In this document: positions 19,656-30,596 of the stretch, in pieces
Layout of the letters: each line of letters starts with the position of its first letter
Position numbering within the stretch: position 1 is the first letter of the stretch
From: Candidatus Saccharimonadota bacterium
Lineage (GTDB): Bacteria > Patescibacteriota > Saccharimonadia > Saccharimonadales > JAICHO01
DNA length: 64,000 nucleotides
Direction: 5' to 3'
Assembly (NCBI GenBank): GCA_025924835.1
Contig: JAICHO010000001.1
Coordinates: forward strand, 2,553 to 66,552
Program-made: the position numbers and the translations under genes
The notes under the pieces: generated by a model
Told to the model about the DNA's origin: nothing
Seen by the model: only the letters and a program-made list of their open reading frames with translations
Databases searched by the model: none

Positions 19656-22322
19656 TTATAGTTCGCCCCAGTTTTTACCTATTGATGTATCCACGTCTAG
19701 TTTTACGGGGAGCTTGTAGATATTTTCCATGGTTTCTTTTAGCATGGCAGCCATGCTCTCCGCTTCCTGTTCCGAACACTCCACCATGATGGAGTCGTGG
19801 ATTTGAAGCAGCTGCATGCATTCAGTACCCGCGATCTTCTTATCAACGGCGATCATAGCCATTTTCATCAGATCGGCTTCTGTTCCCTGGATCGGCATGT
19901 TTATAGCGGCGCGTTCGGCAGCTTGGCGGACCATAAAGTTGGACGAATGTATATCAGGAGTCGGCCGGCGGCGGCCGAACAGTGTTTCGACATAACCATC
20001 GGTGCGCGCCTTTTCCTTAAGGTGGTTCATATAATCCAGCAGCGGCTTGCGCAGTTCAAAATATTTATCAATGAAACTTTTGGCTGCGTCATACGTCATG
20101 CCCGTTGCAATACTAAGGCCATGGGGGCTCATGCCATAAATGATGCCGAAGTTTACCACTTTTGCTTCCCGACGCATATTTTTGGTTACCTCTTCGGGGT
20201 CCCGGCCATAAACCTGGGCGGCGGTCATAGTATGGATATCCGCCCCATCGTTAAACATATCTATCAGCTCTTTGTCGCCTGCCAAATAGGCCGCCAAGCG
20301 TAATTCAAACTGGGAGTAATCGGCACTAACAAATAACTTGCCGGGTCCGGCCACGAATGCCGTCCGGATCTGTTTGCCCAGTTCAGTGCGGACGGGGATG
20401 TTTTGCAGATTGGGGTCCGTAGAGCTTAGTCGGCCGGTTTGAGCGATGGTGAGGTTAAAAGTTGTGTGCAAGCGCGAATTTTCATCGATTAACAACGGCA
20501 ATGTGTCAACATAGGTATTCTTGAGCTTCATAACCTCGCGGTACTGGCTAATGAAGTCAACGATGGGGTGCGCCTCACGCAGCTTTAACAGTTCGCTGGC
20601 AGCCGTTGAGTAACCGGTTTTGCCTTTCTTGATTCCTGTGGCAGGTAGTTTCATTTTGACGAACAACACATCGGCCAGTTGCGAGGGGCTGCCGATGTTA
20701 AATTCCTGGTCGGCATAGCCGTAAATTTGTTGCTCAAGGTCGGAAACGGCGTCATTTAATTTCTCCGCCATTAAATGCAAGTATTCGGTATCCAGCTGAA
20801 TACCCTCGTACTCCATACGGGCCAGCACCGGGATAACTGGCCATTCGATCTGCTCCGCCAACTTGCGTACTTTGGGCATTTTGTCCAAGCCACCGATCTG
20901 CTGCGAGTAAAGGGCGCTAATTATGGCGATAATTTCCGCCTCCGAACCAATCATTTCCTCCGGAGTAAGGTTCTCGAAGCTATGGCCATCGTAGCCCAAA
21001 TCGGCGACAGCTAATTCCGTAAGCGCCTGTTCCCGGCGTAACGAATTAAGTAAAAAGGCACCTATCAAAACGTCATGGCCAACGCGCGGCAGGTCAATGC
21101 CCAGCCCAAGCAAGGCTTTAAGCGATGATTTAACATCGTATCCGATCAGTCTGGTATCAGCCGACAAAATATCTTTCAGTTTTTCGGCGACACGCGTCTG
21201 GTCTAGTGCCGCGAGGTCCAATGTGTACACGGTTTTGTTGTCACTACTTAATGCCAATACAAGCGGATTACGGCCATGTTTGCCAGCCGCAAAGCTGTGC
21301 ACATAAAGTTGTTCAGCGTCTCGGATTTTTACTTCTGACAACTTTTGAGGAGTGTTAACGTACACACTTTTACCTACATCAACGGTGCTATGCTCACCTG
21401 CTGACTGTGATTCAGTAGCTTCTGGGACACGCATGACATCCGGCAGTTGACGGACTAAGGTGCGGAATTCGTACTTTTGCAAAATATCCCTGACCTTGGC
21501 GGGATCGCAGAGACGTCCATCTACTTCCTCCAGGTTCAGCTTCAGCGGCGCGTCTGTCCAAATGGCGGCTAATTTTTTGCTCAGGTAAGCCAGGTCTTTG
21601 CCGGCTTCCAGTTTCTTGCGCATACTGTCTTTGATCAATACCAAATTGTCATAGACCCCGTCCAGCGTTTCGTATTGTTTTAGGAGCTCAAGGGCACCCT
21701 TTTCGCCGATTCCAGGTACGCCAGGAATATTATCGGAGCTGTCGCCTTTAAGTGCCTTCATGTCCAAAAACTGCGTCGCTTTAATCCCATACTTGGCCTC
21801 AAAGCTTTTGGGACTATATAGTTCTATGTTGCTTAGGCCCGTTTTAAGGGCAAAAACGTGAATATGCGGGTCCACCAGCTGCAGCATGTCCAGGTCGGAG
21901 GTAATCAACATAGTTTCGATATCCTGTTTGGCCGCTTGGGTAGCCAGCGTACCCATAATGTCATCCGCCTCATAATCATCCAGCTCATACAGTGGCCAAC
22001 CAAACGCGCCTAACAGTTCATGCAGAATCGGAATTTGTTCATAAAAGTCGGGGGGCGGTGGTTTGCGGCCTGCCTTATACTCCGGGTACAGCTCCAAACG
22101 CTTACGAATGTTAGTCTTTGGCTTGTCCCAGGCTACAGCGACATAATCCGGCTTAAGCCGTTTAATAACTTCCAGCGCCATAGTTGCGAAGCCGTAAACA
22201 CCACCCGTGGGCGTACCGTCTTTAGTACTTAAACCCCCCATGGCAAAATAGCCGCGGTAAAAGACCGACTTGCCGTCAATAATGGCCAATTTCTTCTTGT
22301 TGGCCGGGATTACCTCGCTCAT
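19656..22322 (-). CDS. polA: DNA polymerase I
   Basis: 5'-3' exonuclease (IDGKS, EADD, GDSSDNIPG); polymerase motifs TGRLSS, ADYSQFELR, NFGIIYG, QIHDS. Confidence 0.98.
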   Translation of the reverse strand: MSEVIPANKKKLAIIDGKSVFYRGYFAMGGLSTKDGTPTGGVYGFATMALEVIKRLKPDYVAVAWDKPKTNIRKRLELYPEYKAGRKPPPPDFYEQIPILHELLGAFGWPLYELDDYEADDIMGTLATQAAKQDIETMLITSDLDMLQLVDPHIHVFALKTGLSNIELYSPKSFEAKYGIKATQFLDMKALKGDSSDNIPGVPGIGEKGALELLKQYETLDGVYDNLVLIKDSMRKKLEAGKDLAYLSKKLAAIWTDAPLKLNLEEVDGRLCDPAKVRDILQKYEFRTLVRQLPDVMRVPEATESQSAGEHSTVDVGKSVYVNTPQKLSEVKIRDAEQLYVHSFAAGKHGRNPLVLALSSDNKTVYTLDLAALDQTRVAEKLKDILSADTRLIGYDVKSSLKALLGLGIDLPRVGHDVLIGAFLLNSLRREQALTELAVADLGYDGHSFENLTPEEMIGSEAEIIAIISALYSQQIGGLDKMPKVRKLAEQIEWPVIPVLARMEYEGIQLDTEYLHLMAEKLNDAVSDLEQQIYGYADQEFNIGSPSQLADVLFVKMKLPATGIKKGKTGYSTAASELLKLREAHPIVDFISQYREVMKLKNTYVDTLPLLIDENSRLHTTFNLTIAQTGRLSSTDPNLQNIPVRTELGKQIRTAFVAGPGKLFVSADYSQFELRLAAYLAGDKELIDMFNDGADIHTMTAAQVYGRDPEEVTKNMRREAKVVNFGIIYGMSPHGLSIATGMTYDAAKSFIDKYFELRKPLLDYMNHLKEKARTDGYVETLFGRRRPTPDIHSSNFMVRQAAERAAINMPIQGTEADLMKMAMIAVDKKIAGTECMQLLQIHDSIMVECSEQEAESMAAMLKETMENIYKLPVKLDVDTSIGKNWGEL

Positions 22323-22364
22323 AGGTATGAGTATACACTTTGGCCTATCTGTGAGCCACCGTAA

Positions 22365-23039
22365 CTAGGTGCTCGCGACTTCGTCATTGAATGGCACAAA
22401 CTCAATCTGCAATTCGTGTCCTACGACCGCGGCCGCGGTTCCAATGCGATATAAAGCGTGCATGGCAGCTGTCGGCGCGGTTTCAAGTAAATCAGACAGC
22501 CCTCCCGGAGCAGCCATGTCCACGAACCCGGCGATAATCCTGACAAAAGTGTGTGGTTTCATCCCCAGCAGTGCCACCCTTTCCTTGGCAGCTTCATCCC
22601 AATTGGATGCTATGTCACTACCAGCCCTTAAAAGAGATGGATCCAATACACTGTGCATCAAGTCTACGGCTCTACGGCCTATATCATGAATAGTCCTAAT
22701 GGCCACCTCGCGCGGGCTGTCCTTAAGTTCTGTCCTGGGGACTAACGCGGCTTTCAGCCGCCGATCAGCCAGTGCCGCGCATTGGGCTGCTCTTAAGGGG
22801 AACTTCCAATTGTCAGCATAGGGTACCGAACCCACGGATGTATAAGACAGCATCCTTAGTGCCTTATCAACACTTATGGGTACAATTTCCCAATACTCAG
22901 CAATGCGTGGAGCAACAACATCTTGTGGGTGGCCTGCGATTAAATCCTGCAGCCTTGGAATAATGGCACCATCAGCACCAATAAATTCCTGGTAGATACC
23001 TCTACCTAAATTGCTTGCCGTCTTGCTGTAATCCGTCAT
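22365..23039 (-). CDS. Hypothetical helical protein (orphan)
   Basis: 224-aa ORF, Ala-rich. Confidence 0.65.
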   Translation of the reverse strand: MTDYSKTASNLGRGIYQEFIGADGAIIPRLQDLIAGHPQDVVAPRIAEYWEIVPISVDKALRMLSYTSVGSVPYADNWKFPLRAAQCAALADRRLKAALVPRTELKDSPREVAIRTIHDIGRRAVDLMHSVLDPSLLRAGSDIASNWDEAAKERVALLGMKPHTFVRIIAGFVDMAAPGGLSDLLETAPTAAMHALYRIGTAAAVVGHELQIEFVPFNDEVAST

Positions 23040-23145
23040 TTATTTATTTTATCAATGTATTTGTGCTGGTGGCAACTATAAGCTTTATGTAAATTTTGGT
23101 TTGAGTCTCGGCGCGCCGTGGCAGTAGCGTATACTTATAGTTAAT

Positions 23146-25953
23146 ATGGGTGGCGACAAACAGTTGGCTTATTATAGGCAGGATGGCAAAGCCGTACTGA
23201 ATCAGCTCGGCTCGGATTTAAAACTGGGCCTGCGCAGTCAGGAAGCCGCTGACAGGCTGAAGCAGTACGGACCCAATAAGCTGGAAGAGCTCAGCCGCGA
23301 GTCCTTGCCACGTAAATATTTGCGCCAGTATAAAGATCTTATGATACTGCTGCTTTTAGCCAGCGCTATTATCAGTGCCCTGTTACGTGACGGCCAAACG
23401 GCAGCGGTCCTTTTGGCACTGGTTCTATTCAATACTATTATCGGCTTCAGCCAGGAGTTTAAGGCCGAAAAGCTAATGGAAAGCTTGGAAAAGCTAGTAG
23501 TTACCGAAGCCAAAGCCATCCGCGGGGGCGAGCTGGCTACCATTGCCGCCGCCGATTTGGTCCCAGGTGATATTGTCTATATAGAAGAGGGCGATAGCGT
23601 CCCGGCTGATCTGCGCGTCATCAGCGAGTCAGAGCTAAGTAGTAACGACTTTGCCCTCACCGGCGAAAGTAACCCCTCGCGTAAGTTTACCCATGCCATA
23701 AGTGACAGCGTGGAACTCGCCAACCGTCATAATTTAGTGTTCATGAGCACCACCATTGCCACTGGTCATGGCTATGGGATTGTTATCGCCACGGGCATGC
23801 AAACAGAACTAGGGCGAATAGCGTCTTTAAGCGCTGATACGTCAGCCGATCTCAGCCCTTTGCAGCGTGAACTCAATCATATTGCCGGCCGGGTGACCCA
23901 GGGAACAGTTATACTTTGCGCCATTCTGCTGCCAGGTATTATCTACCTTGGGATGGGAGTTAAATATGCCTTTTTATACGCCATTGCCATTGCCAGTTCA
24001 ATTATTCCCCAGGGCCTACCGGCCGAAATTAATACCGGTCTGGCACGGGCAGCCGGTAAATTAGCGCGGGCCCGAGCCCTAGTCAAAAAGCTGTCCGCCG
24101 TCGAAACCCTAGGCGCTACAACTGTTATCTGTACAGATAAGACCGGGACGCTTACCAAAAATCAGATGACGGTAGAGCGGCTATTGATTGGCCATAGCGT
24201 ATATGACGTTACCGGCACCGGTTACGAACCGATTGGTGAGATCAAAAATCGTCATGGCAAAACAGTTGCGGCAAATGATCTCAAGGAGCTTGCCCTCTTC
24301 TTTGCCTGCGGCGTCATGGCCAGCAACGCCCGTGTCTGCGGACCGGACGACGAGCACGCTACCTGGTATACCATAGGTGATCCCACTGAAGGGGCGCTGG
24401 TGACATTGGCCCAAAAAGGCGGCATAGATACCATCCACACCGATGACAATTCCCCCGAGCTCAAAGAGTTTGCGTTTGATTCAGCCCGTAAGCGCATGAG
24501 CTCGATCAGAAGCTACGGCCCGCAAAACAAACTATACGTCTTCGTCAAAGGCGCACCGGAAAATATTCTGCACCGGTGCGATGATATTTGGGACGGCGGA
24601 CACGTGCGGTCCATTACCCAAAAAGACCGTGACATGATAGACCGGGAAAATCATGCGTGGGCTACCCAGGCTTCCCGCAATCTCGGTTACGCTTTTAAGG
24701 TTTTGCCAAAAGGGACCAATCCCAAAAAACTGAGCATGGAAGAAGCCGAAAGCGGCCTAACCTGGTTGGGCATGGTTGGTATGGTCGATCCTTTGCGGGA
24801 GGAAGTGCCAGGCGCTATGGCGGCGGCCCACCGGGCGCATATCAAAGTATCCATAGTTACCGGGGACTTCGCCGTTACGGCCGAGGCAATTGCACGCAAG
24901 GCCGGTTTGGCCAAAAAAGGCCAGGATATTATTGTCGTTAGCGGCGAAGAATTAAGACAGCTGGATGATGCGCGGGTGTTGCGACTGGCGACCCGTGGCG
25001 GTGTTATTTTTAGCCGTGTTAGCCCGGAGGATAAATTACGCATCGTAGACCTGGTAAAAGCCCATGACAACGTCGTAGCCGTCACCGGGGACGGCATCAA
25101 TGATGCGCCGGCGCTAAAACGGGCGGATATAGGCGTAGCTATGGGCAAAACCGGTACGGACGTCGCGAAACAATCAGCCGAAATAGTACTATTGGATGAT
25201 AGCTTTTCTACGCTTATCAACGCCGTTCAGCAAGGCCGAGTAATTTTTCAGAATATCAAAAAAAGTACGCTTAGTTGTTTTACCAGCAACTCGGCCGAAC
25301 TGGTGGTAAACCTGGTCAGTCTGGCAGCCTTCGCCCTGTTTAAGGTGCCGCTGGCCATGAGTGTTATGGAAATATTAGCGATAGATATGATTGCCGAGCT
25401 GTTCCCCATTGCAGCGCTGGGCTGGGACCAAGCCGATGGCGAGTTAATGCATGACAAGCCCCGTAGTACGCACGACCATATTTTAAATTCTGCCACCATC
25501 GGTGATTTGTTGTGGTGCGGATTGCTGATTGGCGGCTTGGCATTTGCCAATTTTATTTTATTTTTCTGGCGACACGACTTGCCTGCCGCTCGGGCCGTTG
25601 CAACCAATCCGGCGCTTTATATGAAAGCGACTGCCCTAACCTACTTAACTATCGTGCTGTGCCAGCTGCTCAACATTTTGCAGCGCCGGTCCCGCCGTGG
25701 GCTGTTTACCCGCTACCAGTTCCACAATAGGGCCTTATTAATAGCCATGACATTTTCCCTGGTGTGTGTACTAAATATTATTTATAATCCGTACCTTAAT
25801 GTATATTTTGGTGCCGGCCCCTTGCAGTTAACCGACTGGCTGTACGCTATAGGTGCGGCCGCAATCTTCATAGCCATTCGTGAACTCCAACGCTACGCCA
25901 ACACTCACCACTCCCGCGACCAAGTGCTGGAATTGTTAGGCCAACAAAGCTAA
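23146..25953 (+). CDS. P-type cation-transporting ATPase (type II-like)
   Basis: LTGES, DKTGTLT, KGAPE, TGD, GDGINDAP and multiple TM segments. Confidence 0.96.
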   Translation: MGGDKQLAYYRQDGKAVLNQLGSDLKLGLRSQEAADRLKQYGPNKLEELSRESLPRKYLRQYKDLMILLLLASAIISALLRDGQTAAVLLALVLFNTIIGFSQEFKAEKLMESLEKLVVTEAKAIRGGELATIAAADLVPGDIVYIEEGDSVPADLRVISESELSSNDFALTGESNPSRKFTHAISDSVELANRHNLVFMSTTIATGHGYGIVIATGMQTELGRIASLSADTSADLSPLQRELNHIAGRVTQGTVILCAILLPGIIYLGMGVKYAFLYAIAIASSIIPQGLPAEINTGLARAAGKLARARALVKKLSAVETLGATTVICTDKTGTLTKNQMTVERLLIGHSVYDVTGTGYEPIGEIKNRHGKTVAANDLKELALFFACGVMASNARVCGPDDEHATWYTIGDPTEGALVTLAQKGGIDTIHTDDNSPELKEFAFDSARKRMSSIRSYGPQNKLYVFVKGAPENILHRCDDIWDGGHVRSITQKDRDMIDRENHAWATQASRNLGYAFKVLPKGTNPKKLSMEEAESGLTWLGMVGMVDPLREEVPGAMAAAHRAHIKVSIVTGDFAVTAEAIARKAGLAKKGQDIIVVSGEELRQLDDARVLRLATRGGVIFSRVSPEDKLRIVDLVKAHDNVVAVTGDGINDAPALKRADIGVAMGKTGTDVAKQSAEIVLLDDSFSTLINAVQQGRVIFQNIKKSTLSCFTSNSAELVVNLVSLAAFALFKVPLAMSVMEILAIDMIAELFPIAALGWDQADGELMHDKPRSTHDHILNSATIGDLLWCGLLIGGLAFANFILFFWRHDLPAARAVATNPALYMKATALTYLTIVLCQLLNILQRRSRRGLFTRYQFHNRALLIAMTFSLVCVLNIIYNPYLNVYFGAGPLQLTDWLYAIGAAAIFIAIRELQRYANTHHSRDQVLELLGQQS

Positions 25954-26927
25954 GTTTGTAGTTCGGATTTGAGCTTCTGCAACTTATCAAAATAGATAAT
26001 GCGCAGCTCACTCGGCAGCTGATTTATCGGACTCTCTGCGGGAATATTTGGAGCACCGGTATTCCTAAGGGTTTCGCGACCATACATACCAACTCTAAAG
26101 TTCCGTCCCGCCCTTAAACTAGCGCGCACCGTATCGATAGCTCGCGAGGCATACGTGCTACTTGTATTGAAGCCTATGCTGCCTGTCTCGTCTCCGGTTG
26201 CGCTCAGTACTTCTGATATAAATAGCATCATTGCGGCACTGTCAGGACGATTTTCCGGTTTGCGTTTGGGTTGACCGGTTTGCTCATCAATACCTTCAAC
26301 CCAATCATTATCAATTCTGGCCAGCAATACGGGTATGCCATCAATTGAACCAATCTTTACTAACTGTCCGGTAGCTTCAGCTACCAGCTGGTGATTATTA
26401 TGGATATCATATCCAAATGGTTGTATTTCATCGGCTTCATCTGCGACAAAACCTTCTTGCAGCTCCGCTAGCTGGCGCACCATTTCATATTCATCTGACG
26501 GTGCTATACCGTATTTAGTATCTAGGTACCCTAACTCATCAGGCCCTAGTTTCCGGCCGGGCCAGCCGCACATAACAATACTTCTCGTGCCCGGACCTTT
26601 TGATATAGCAAGTTGGGCTTCAACTTTCCAGGGCTTACCACCTTCTTGTACTTGATGCTCTGCATTACTTGGAATGTCCAAATGACCTCCCAGGCCAAAT
26701 CGGCCGGCAATCTCACGAAGCGACTGCTCCTGCTCGACAGTTAAGGCAAGCCCCAAGGTATCGTCTCTGGCAACGCCTTCTTCGTGCATAGTACGCTCTT
26801 GAAGCGCGACCGCTGGATCCGTATTACGGTCACCTGTAAGTACCTCAATCGCGTCGCCTATCCATTCTTCGCGAACTGCTATATATGTCTCAATGCCGTC
26901 GCGGACATTTTCGTAACTCCCTGACAT
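25950..26927 (-). CDS. Hypothetical protein (weak DUF218/HUP-like resemblance)
   Basis: 325-aa ORF with AAGGAG SD; RPDS and TSSTY motifs. Confidence 0.7.
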   Translation of the reverse strand: MSGSYENVRDGIETYIAVREEWIGDAIEVLTGDRNTDPAVALQERTMHEEGVARDDTLGLALTVEQEQSLREIAGRFGLGGHLDIPSNAEHQVQEGGKPWKVEAQLAISKGPGTRSIVMCGWPGRKLGPDELGYLDTKYGIAPSDEYEMVRQLAELQEGFVADEADEIQPFGYDIHNNHQLVAEATGQLVKIGSIDGIPVLLARIDNDWVEGIDEQTGQPKRKPENRPDSAAMMLFISEVLSATGDETGSIGFNTSSTYASRAIDTVRASLRAGRNFRVGMYGRETLRNTGAPNIPAESPINQLPSELRIIYFDKLQKLKSELQT

Positions 26928-26975
26928 ACTGCTCCTTCATTAAGGAGTATATTATACCATATCTGTCAATTTGTG

Positions 26976-28073
26976 TTAAGTCGTACGTGTTGTTATGTAC
27001 TCGGCTAGGCCGCGTAAAAATTGTGTGCCCTCGGGTGCCCAGTGACCAGATCCGGCGCTTAATGAACTAATTGCTTGACGGGCATATTTTTTAGCGGCAC
27101 TTTTAGCGTGCTTTAATGCTCCCACGCTTATTAGTATGTCTTTGCAGCGTTCAAATTCAGCTGTGGTTATATCCTGATTACCCAGCATTTTATGTAGAAA
27201 ACTTGCGTCCACAGTTACAGCGTTCTCAAGAGCATATACCGTTAAAATAGTACGTTTGCCGTCCCGTATATCATCTATGGAACCGTCCAGACCGAAGGTA
27301 TCGGAAATATCGTCAGAAATCTGGTAGGCTTTGCCGATATTGATGGCGTAATCCGTGATCGCGTCGGTAGCATGGCAATCAGCGCCAGCCAGCACCATTC
27401 CAACATGAAGCGGATTTAAAAAGCTGTACTGTGATGTTTTCCAGGCCATAACTTTTTCTATATCCTCCATACCAATGGAGTCGACAGCTTCGTGCATGAT
27501 GTCGCTGGTTTGGCCATGAGCGGTAATTACCATGGTGCGATTAATGATTGATGACGCATTGAGACGCAAGTGTTCAGGCGCGTCAATGTTAGCCAGGATC
27601 ATTTGGGCGGCATGAGCCCCCGACAAGGCAGCGTTAAGCGCTATTGAGACTCCAAAGTGCCCGCTATCCCCTGCCAAATGATGTTGTTGGTGATAATCAC
27701 GCAGTACGACGTGGGCCGCCAGCCCCCCGCGGCGCACTACCGAACGGTCTTGTATGTCATCAATGATTAAAATGTAAGCGTGCAGCATTTCTATTGCCCG
27801 GGCTGCCTGTAGGATCATTTGCTGTTTTTGGCCACCGCACATTTGATAACCCACCATTGTCAAAGCACCCCGAACGCGCTTACCACCGCGGGATAAAATG
27901 TCCAAAAAGACATCTATCTCCAATCGCGCGTCAGTTCCGTACTGCTGCAGCGTAACGTCCTTAATGTGTTTACTGTACGTGGCAATATCGGCGTCAATGC
28001 TGTCTTTGCAAGCTTTTAATTTAGTCTCAAAGGCTTCAGTATCAGAACGATCCGCGGTTTTATTTGTAGGCAT
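26976..28073 (-). CDS. Polyprenyl diphosphate synthase (short-chain GGPP/FPP type)
   Basis: GGKRVR, DDIQD...RRG, GQTSD, KT, YQISDDISD; Tyr at -5 of the first Asp-rich motif. Confidence 0.92.
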   Translation of the reverse strand: MPTNKTADRSDTEAFETKLKACKDSIDADIATYSKHIKDVTLQQYGTDARLEIDVFLDILSRGGKRVRGALTMVGYQMCGGQKQQMILQAARAIEMLHAYILIIDDIQDRSVVRRGGLAAHVVLRDYHQQHHLAGDSGHFGVSIALNAALSGAHAAQMILANIDAPEHLRLNASSIINRTMVITAHGQTSDIMHEAVDSIGMEDIEKVMAWKTSQYSFLNPLHVGMVLAGADCHATDAITDYAINIGKAYQISDDISDTFGLDGSIDDIRDGKRTILTVYALENAVTVDASFLHKMLGNQDITTAEFERCKDILISVGALKHAKSAAKKYARQAISSLSAGSGHWAPEGTQFLRGLAEYITTRTT

Positions 28074-28123
28074 AGCAGGTCTAAATTATACGCTGTTAAC
28101 ACTTTTTTAGTACAATACCCTCT

Positions 28124-28690
28124 ATGGATGAACAAAAAGTTATAGCATTTGTCGGCATGCCCGGATCTGGTAAAGGCACCTGCACAAGTTATCTGCACGA
28201 AAAGTACGGCTGGCCGGTTGTTCATCTTGGTAATATGTTGTATGAAGAGGTCCAAAGGCGCGGCCTGGACAATGTCAAAGACGAAACCTTTGTCCAAAAA
28301 GACTTACGTGACAAAGAAGGCCCAGCCGTGCTGGCCAAGCATGCTCTCAAGAAAGCCCGGGGCTATTTTGAAGCTGGCAATCCAGTGGTGGTGCTGGACG
28401 GCTTATACATGTGGTCCGAATATAAATACCTGGACCAAGAGTTAGGCGGCAACTTAACCGTTATTGCCATAACCGCCCCTAAAAAATTACGGCGCCAACG
28501 AGTCCTGGACCGTAAAGACAGCCATCGGCAATATACGTTGGAACAATTGATTAAACGTGAAATCGGCGAAATAGAAAACATAGAAAAAGGCGGGCCCATC
28601 GCCTATGCCGATTACACCGTCGTTAACGACGCCACCCCCGAAGAGCTGCGAGCGCAGTTAGATAAAATCATGGCCGATTTGCATTTATAA
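28124..28690 (+). CDS. Nucleotide kinase, UPF0200/dephospho-CoA kinase-like
   Basis: GMPGSGKG P-loop, VVLDGL, IAYADYTVVND. Confidence 0.75.
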   Translation: MDEQKVIAFVGMPGSGKGTCTSYLHEKYGWPVVHLGNMLYEEVQRRGLDNVKDETFVQKDLRDKEGPAVLAKHALKKARGYFEAGNPVVVLDGLYMWSEYKYLDQELGGNLTVIAITAPKKLRRQRVLDRKDSHRQYTLEQLIKREIGEIENIEKGGPIAYADYTVVNDATPEELRAQLDKIMADLHL

Positions 28691-28732
28691 CATTGTAAAT
28701 AGCAGAAGACTTGATATTATTATCTAACTATT

Positions 28733-29464
28733 ATGAGTGACCTCGGCTTAGAAGTGCCCCGCGGGAGTTTGGGCATAGCAGATACTGTGCAATGCATGGA
28801 ACCAGTCCCACAATCCATGCATGTGGCTAACGTTGCCTTAGCGGCTGCAGTGGCCGGCATTGAACTTATCATATCTGACAATAGTCCTGCCCCGACCCTC
28901 TCTGCGATGCATCACACGGCCGATGGAGCTGCACCATTCCCGCGCAGGCGCTGGCTTGCACGCCCAGGCACACTGACGACCGCTTCTGGCATGGAACTTA
29001 AAAGCAGGCTAGAATTTGTCCGCCGCGATAGGCCTAATCGTAATTTACCAACTGCATTAGACGACGCGCTGCTGAGCCACGACCATGCTGGCTTTAGTGT
29101 AGCCTTCTCCAAAGTTACGCTTGAACGGCCATCACCCGTTATTGATACCGTGAGGACAATCGTGGGTATCCAGATGGATCATGCGCCCCACCATAGACAG
29201 CCTGAGGTTGAATTTATCAATGGTGGCGCCGGCCCTGTGGCTTTTAGCGGTCTACTGCTATTATTGAGGTCTGTAAGCCGCTCGCGGGTTGATTACTCGA
29301 TCCTAGAAGATTGGCTTACCCATATAGAGGTGATATCTCCTACGCAACCCTTTATAGATCACTTCTCATTTGATCAAAATCTAGGTACGCCGCCAGAAGT
29401 TGTTTTAAGAGCACAACAAAATTTTGCAGCTATTACAGAAGTTATCGACCGCGCAACTATTTAA
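28733..29464 (+). CDS. Hypothetical protein (orphan)
   Basis: 243-aa ORF convergent with rpoD. Confidence 0.65.
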   Translation: MSDLGLEVPRGSLGIADTVQCMEPVPQSMHVANVALAAAVAGIELIISDNSPAPTLSAMHHTADGAAPFPRRRWLARPGTLTTASGMELKSRLEFVRRDRPNRNLPTALDDALLSHDHAGFSVAFSKVTLERPSPVIDTVRTIVGIQMDHAPHHRQPEVEFINGGAGPVAFSGLLLLLRSVSRSRVDYSILEDWLTHIEVISPTQPFIDHFSFDQNLGTPPEVVLRAQQNFAAITEVIDRATI

Positions 29465-30596
29465 TATAGTCGTGTAGCTTTTTAGCGTCTTTATGTTTGC
29501 GGAGTTTGGCGAGTGCTTTGGCCTCAATCTGGCGGATGCGTTCACGGGTCACCAAGAACTCCTGCCCCACTTCTTCCAGCGTGTGGCTTTTGCCATCTTC
29601 CAACCCAAAACGTAGTTTCAATATCTTTTGCTCGCGTTCCGTTAGCGCCCCCAACATATCTTTGACATGTTCTTTTAGCAGCTGGTTCGTAGCCGATTCT
29701 TCGGGGCTTACGGTGTCTTCGTCCTCAATAAAATCAGCCAAAACCGAGTCTTCTTCGTCGTCACGCACAGACGCGTCTAGACTGGAAATATCCTGTTTAA
29801 TCTTCATGATGTGTTCGACTTTTTCAACCTCAATCTCCATGGCCTTGGCAATTTCCTCATTGGACGGTTCGCGGTTAAGTTCTTGTGTCAGCCGACGCTG
29901 GGTACGCAGCAGTTTGTTGATGGTTTCTACCATGTGTACCGGTATGCGGATAGTACGCGCCTGATCAGCGATAGCCCGGGTAATTGCCTGTCTAATCCAC
30001 CAGGTCGCATAGGTAGAAAACTTAAAACCCTTATCCGGGTCAAACTTTTCAACAGCGCGCAGTAAGCCGGTATTTCCCTCCTGAATAAGGTCTAATAAAT
30101 CCAGACCGCGGCCCACATATCGTTTGGCGATAGATACGACTAAACGCATATTGGCTTCGGCCATTTTGTCCTTGGCACCCTTGTCGCCAGCGACCACTTG
30201 CTGGGCAAGGGCAAGCTCTTCCTGGGCGGTCAAAAGCGGGATTTTGCCAATTTCACGCAAATACAGACGGACCGAGTCATCGGCGATGTCATCCATGTAC
30301 ATTTTTTCGTCAATAACGATCTCTTCATCGTCCTCGGCTGTCCACTCGTCGCTGAGACCCGTCGCTGGCTCGGCGCCGCTAATAATAATACTGGCATCAG
30401 CCAGCTCAGTGTACAGCTGATCTAAAATATCCACGTGCTCCGGCGTATCCGCAATAGCGGCAAAGATATCACGCTGATCTATCTTGCCATCTTTTTTAGC
30501 TTTGGCGAACAGTTCGTCCTTGGTCTGCAACAGAGCTGGGTCAACCGCTTCGTCCGCAGCTGGTAGTGTCTTATCCTTATCTGCCATCTTAAACAA
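29457..30596 (-). CDS. rpoD: RNA polymerase sigma factor RpoD (start may be MADKD at 30587)
   Basis: [49 protein letters not shown]. Confidence 0.98.
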   Translation of the reverse strand: MFKMADKDKTLPAADEAVDPALLQTKDELFAKAKKDGKIDQRDIFAAIADTPEHVDILDQLYTELADASIIISGAEPATGLSDEWTAEDDEEIVIDEKMYMDDIADDSVRLYLREIGKIPLLTAQEELALAQQVVAGDKGAKDKMAEANMRLVVSIAKRYVGRGLDLLDLIQEGNTGLLRAVEKFDPDKGFKFSTYATWWIRQAITRAIADQARTIRIPVHMVETINKLLRTQRRLTQELNREPSNEEIAKAMEIEVEKVEHIMKIKQDISSLDASVRDDEEDSVLADFIEDEDTVSPEESATNQLLKEHVKDMLGALTEREQKILKLRFGLEDGKSHTLEEVGQEFLVTRERIRQIEAKALAKLRKHKDAKKLHDYIK

